A stretch of DNA of 64,000 bases from an uncultured candidatus Brocadiaceae bacterium (lineage in GTDB: Bacteria; Planctomycetota; UBA1135; UBA2386): assembly GCA_964418595.1 (NCBI GenBank), contig CAYQMF010000001.1, forward strand, positions 92,258 through 156,257, read 5' to 3'. Shown here piece by piece: positions 62,390-64,000 of the stretch (position 1 is the first letter of the stretch; the number at the start of each line of letters is the position of its first letter). The position numbers and the translations under genes were made by a program. The notes beneath the pieces were generated by a model. It was not told where the DNA came from, did not search any database, and saw only the letters and a list, made by a program, of their open reading frames with translations.

Positions 62390-63559
62390 TCAGTACACAC
62401 GCACGACGACGTCCGCGAGGTCGACACCTTCCACGACTTCCACCTCGGCCCAGCCCGCGACCTGCGTGGACTCTTCCACCGGCGCGGCCTGCGGCGAGCG
62501 TGGTCGCGGCCGCTGGGCGAACGCCTCGATCCGGACCAGGCCCGGTGGCACGAGATCCAGCTCGAACGCACCCTTGCTGTCGGTGTAGGCCCCCGCGTCG
62601 CCGCGCGGCCCGTGCGGGTGTTCGACGTAGGCCGAGACCACTGGTGCGTCGTTGTCGGCGCGCACCACGACCCCACGCACCCGCGCGCTGCGCGTCACGC
62701 GCAGCGTGACGGCCTGGTCGCCGGCGGTCACCAGGGTCGAACGGTGGGTGTATCCGGGCGGCAACCCGGCGACGAGGATGCGCGCGCGCGTCGGCGGCGC
62801 CGGCAGGTGGTCCAGATAGAAGACGCCGTCGTCGAGCGGTTTCGCATGCAGGCCCGGGACCCGGAACGCGCGAAGGAGCAAGCCCGTCGCGGCGATCGCG
62901 TCCGGCAGGACGAGCCGACCGGTGACGGGGCGCGTGGTGTGCAACTGGAGCACCACGTCGTGGTCGGCCACGACCTGCACGTCTTCCGTGCGCACGGCGA
63001 ACCCCTCCGCCCACGCACGCAACGCGTAGAAGGTGTTCGACGACGAGAGGCCGTCGACCTCGAAGCCACCCCGCGCGTCGCACGTCGCCTCCGCCAGGAG
63101 CACTCCGTAGCGGTCGCTCAGGACGTGCACGTGGGCGCCCGCAATGCCCGTGTCGCCGGCGCGGAGGATGCGACCCGTCATCTTCATCGGCGTGCCGAAC
63201 TCGAGCGACGCGCGGCCGCGCTCCGGGTCGAGGTGCGCCCACGCGATCCCGTGTGCGGGTGCGCGCGCGACGATCTGCCCCGGCCTACCGTCGAGGCGAG
63301 CCAGCGGCACGGCGACGTGGCCGTTGGCGTCGAACTCGACGCGCCCGAGCGAAGCCGGCGGGTACTCGCCCCCGCCCGACGCGTCGTAGGGGTACAGCTC
63401 GGCGACGAGTCCGGTCTGGTCGAGGGTCACGCCCGAGAACCCGACGGCCTCCACCGCGAGCACGGCGGGAAGGAGCGCACGCACGGCGAACACGGCCAGC
63501 GCGGCGGCGATCAGGGCCGGCACGCCGTAGCGCAGGGTGACCGGCATGTTGCGGAGCAT
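62390..63559 (-). CDS. Membrane-anchored CarboxypepD_reg-like repeat protein
   Basis: I prefer the ATG at 63559 (MLRNMPVTLRYGVPALIAAALAVFAV...); alternatives are 63547 and 63646. Repeat starts are MTGRILRAGDTGIAGAHV, VTGRLVLPD and VRGVVVRADNDAPVVSAYV. It also has a TDSKGAFELD turn. Confidence 0.7.
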   Translation of the reverse strand: MLRNMPVTLRYGVPALIAAALAVFAVRALLPAVLAVEAVGFSGVTLDQTGLVAELYPYDASGGGEYPPASLGRVEFDANGHVAVPLARLDGRPGQIVARAPAHGIAWAHLDPERGRASLEFGTPMKMTGRILRAGDTGIAGAHVHVLSDRYGVLLAEATCDARGGFEVDGLSSSNTFYALRAWAEGFAVRTEDVQVVADHDVVLQLHTTRPVTGRLVLPDAIAATGLLLRAFRVPGLHAKPLDDGVFYLDHLPAPPTRARILVAGLPPGYTHRSTLVTAGDQAVTLRVTRSARVRGVVVRADNDAPVVSAYVEHPHGPRGDAGAYTDSKGAFELDLVPPGLVRIEAFAQRPRPRSPQAAPVEESTQVAGWAEVEVVEGVDLADVVVRVY

Positions 63560-63729
63560 CTGCGCGCGCGTCGGCCGAGGCAGCGGCCGCGGTCGGCGGC
63601 CGCGGTCGTTGGTGGGTGCAGGCACGGAGGAAGCGTAGCGAGACATCGGGGCGAAGCCCGCCCAACGCTCCCGATGGGATCGGGTTCAGGCGGCGGGATG
63701 GGTCCGGCTGCGTGCATACTGCGCGGGCG

Positions 63730-64000
63730 ATGACCGACCCCTACGCAGTCGCCAAGCGCGCCGCCGGGCGCGCCGCCGCCGATCTCATCCGCAACGACAC
63801 CGTCGTGGGGCTCGGCACGGGGTCGACGGTGGCCTTCGTGCTGGAACGACTGGGCGAGCGCGTCGCCGGCGGCCTCGCCGTGCACGGGGTGCCGACCAGC
63901 GAGGACACGGCCACCAAGGCGCGCAAGCTCGGTGTGCCGTTGACGACCCTCGACGAGGTCGACCGGCTCGACATCACCATCGACGGCGCCGACGAGATCG
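63730..64000 (+). CDS. rpiA: Ribose-5-phosphate isomerase A, N-terminal part (3' end outside the window)
   Basis: ATG at 63730: MTDPYAVAKRAAGRAAADLIRNDTVVGLGTGSTVAFVLERLG...ITIDGADEI. GLGTGST and IDGADE are RpiA hallmarks. The frame is open to the window end. Confidence 0.85.
   Translation, partial: MTDPYAVAKRAAGRAAADLIRNDTVVGLGTGSTVAFVLERLGERVAGGLAVHGVPTSEDTATKARKLGVPLTTLDEVDRLDITIDGADEI

Overview
This is a 64-kb, very GC-rich bacterial chromosomal segment. My hand count gives 76% G+C for 19101-19200. True reading frames are recognisable by G/C-dominated third codon positions. Almost every real gene is shadowed by long Arg/Ala/Pro/Gly-rich antisense or out-of-frame ORFs, which I discard. 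I call about 50 protein-coding genes. Most encode exported or envelope proteins with signal peptides ending in AAQ/SAQ-type sequences: beta-helix, Kelch, Vgb-like propeller, CarboxypepD_reg arrays, HEAT repeats, a sulfatase, and a 1462-aa SGNH/propeller/HEAT/PA14/azurin protein of the kind seen in PVC- or Myxococcota-like genomes. Housekeeping genes are interspersed: icd, thiE, the 5' end of rpiA, a crotonase and several transporters. I recognised no rRNA, tRNA, CRISPR array or riboswitch. Accessory DNA is confined to three small insertions. (i) An ~880-bp MntA/HepT toxin-antitoxin cassette is bracketed by a 38/39-bp direct repeat. (ii) A ~2.9-kb lower-GC insertion at 19.77-22.62 kb is bracketed by an 11-bp direct repeat and holds an orphan 4-TM protein plus decayed IS5 and DUF4338 genes. 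(iii) A ~1.3-kb islet at 42.0-43.2 kb holds an IS91-type transposase relic and two unknown small proteins. The most unusual intact gene is a 1023-aa putative lipoprotein (24164-27235) that combines FecR-like, four PASTA-like, FN3-like and MACPF pore-forming domains. Other items worth a second look are a 13 x 37-aa repeat protein, a module shared by five exported proteins, an HD-GYP gene translationally coupled to a paralogous partner, and an ArnC/NaxD/ArnT-like polyprenol-phosphate-sugar module. All family assignments are by-eye motif recognition; no database search was run.
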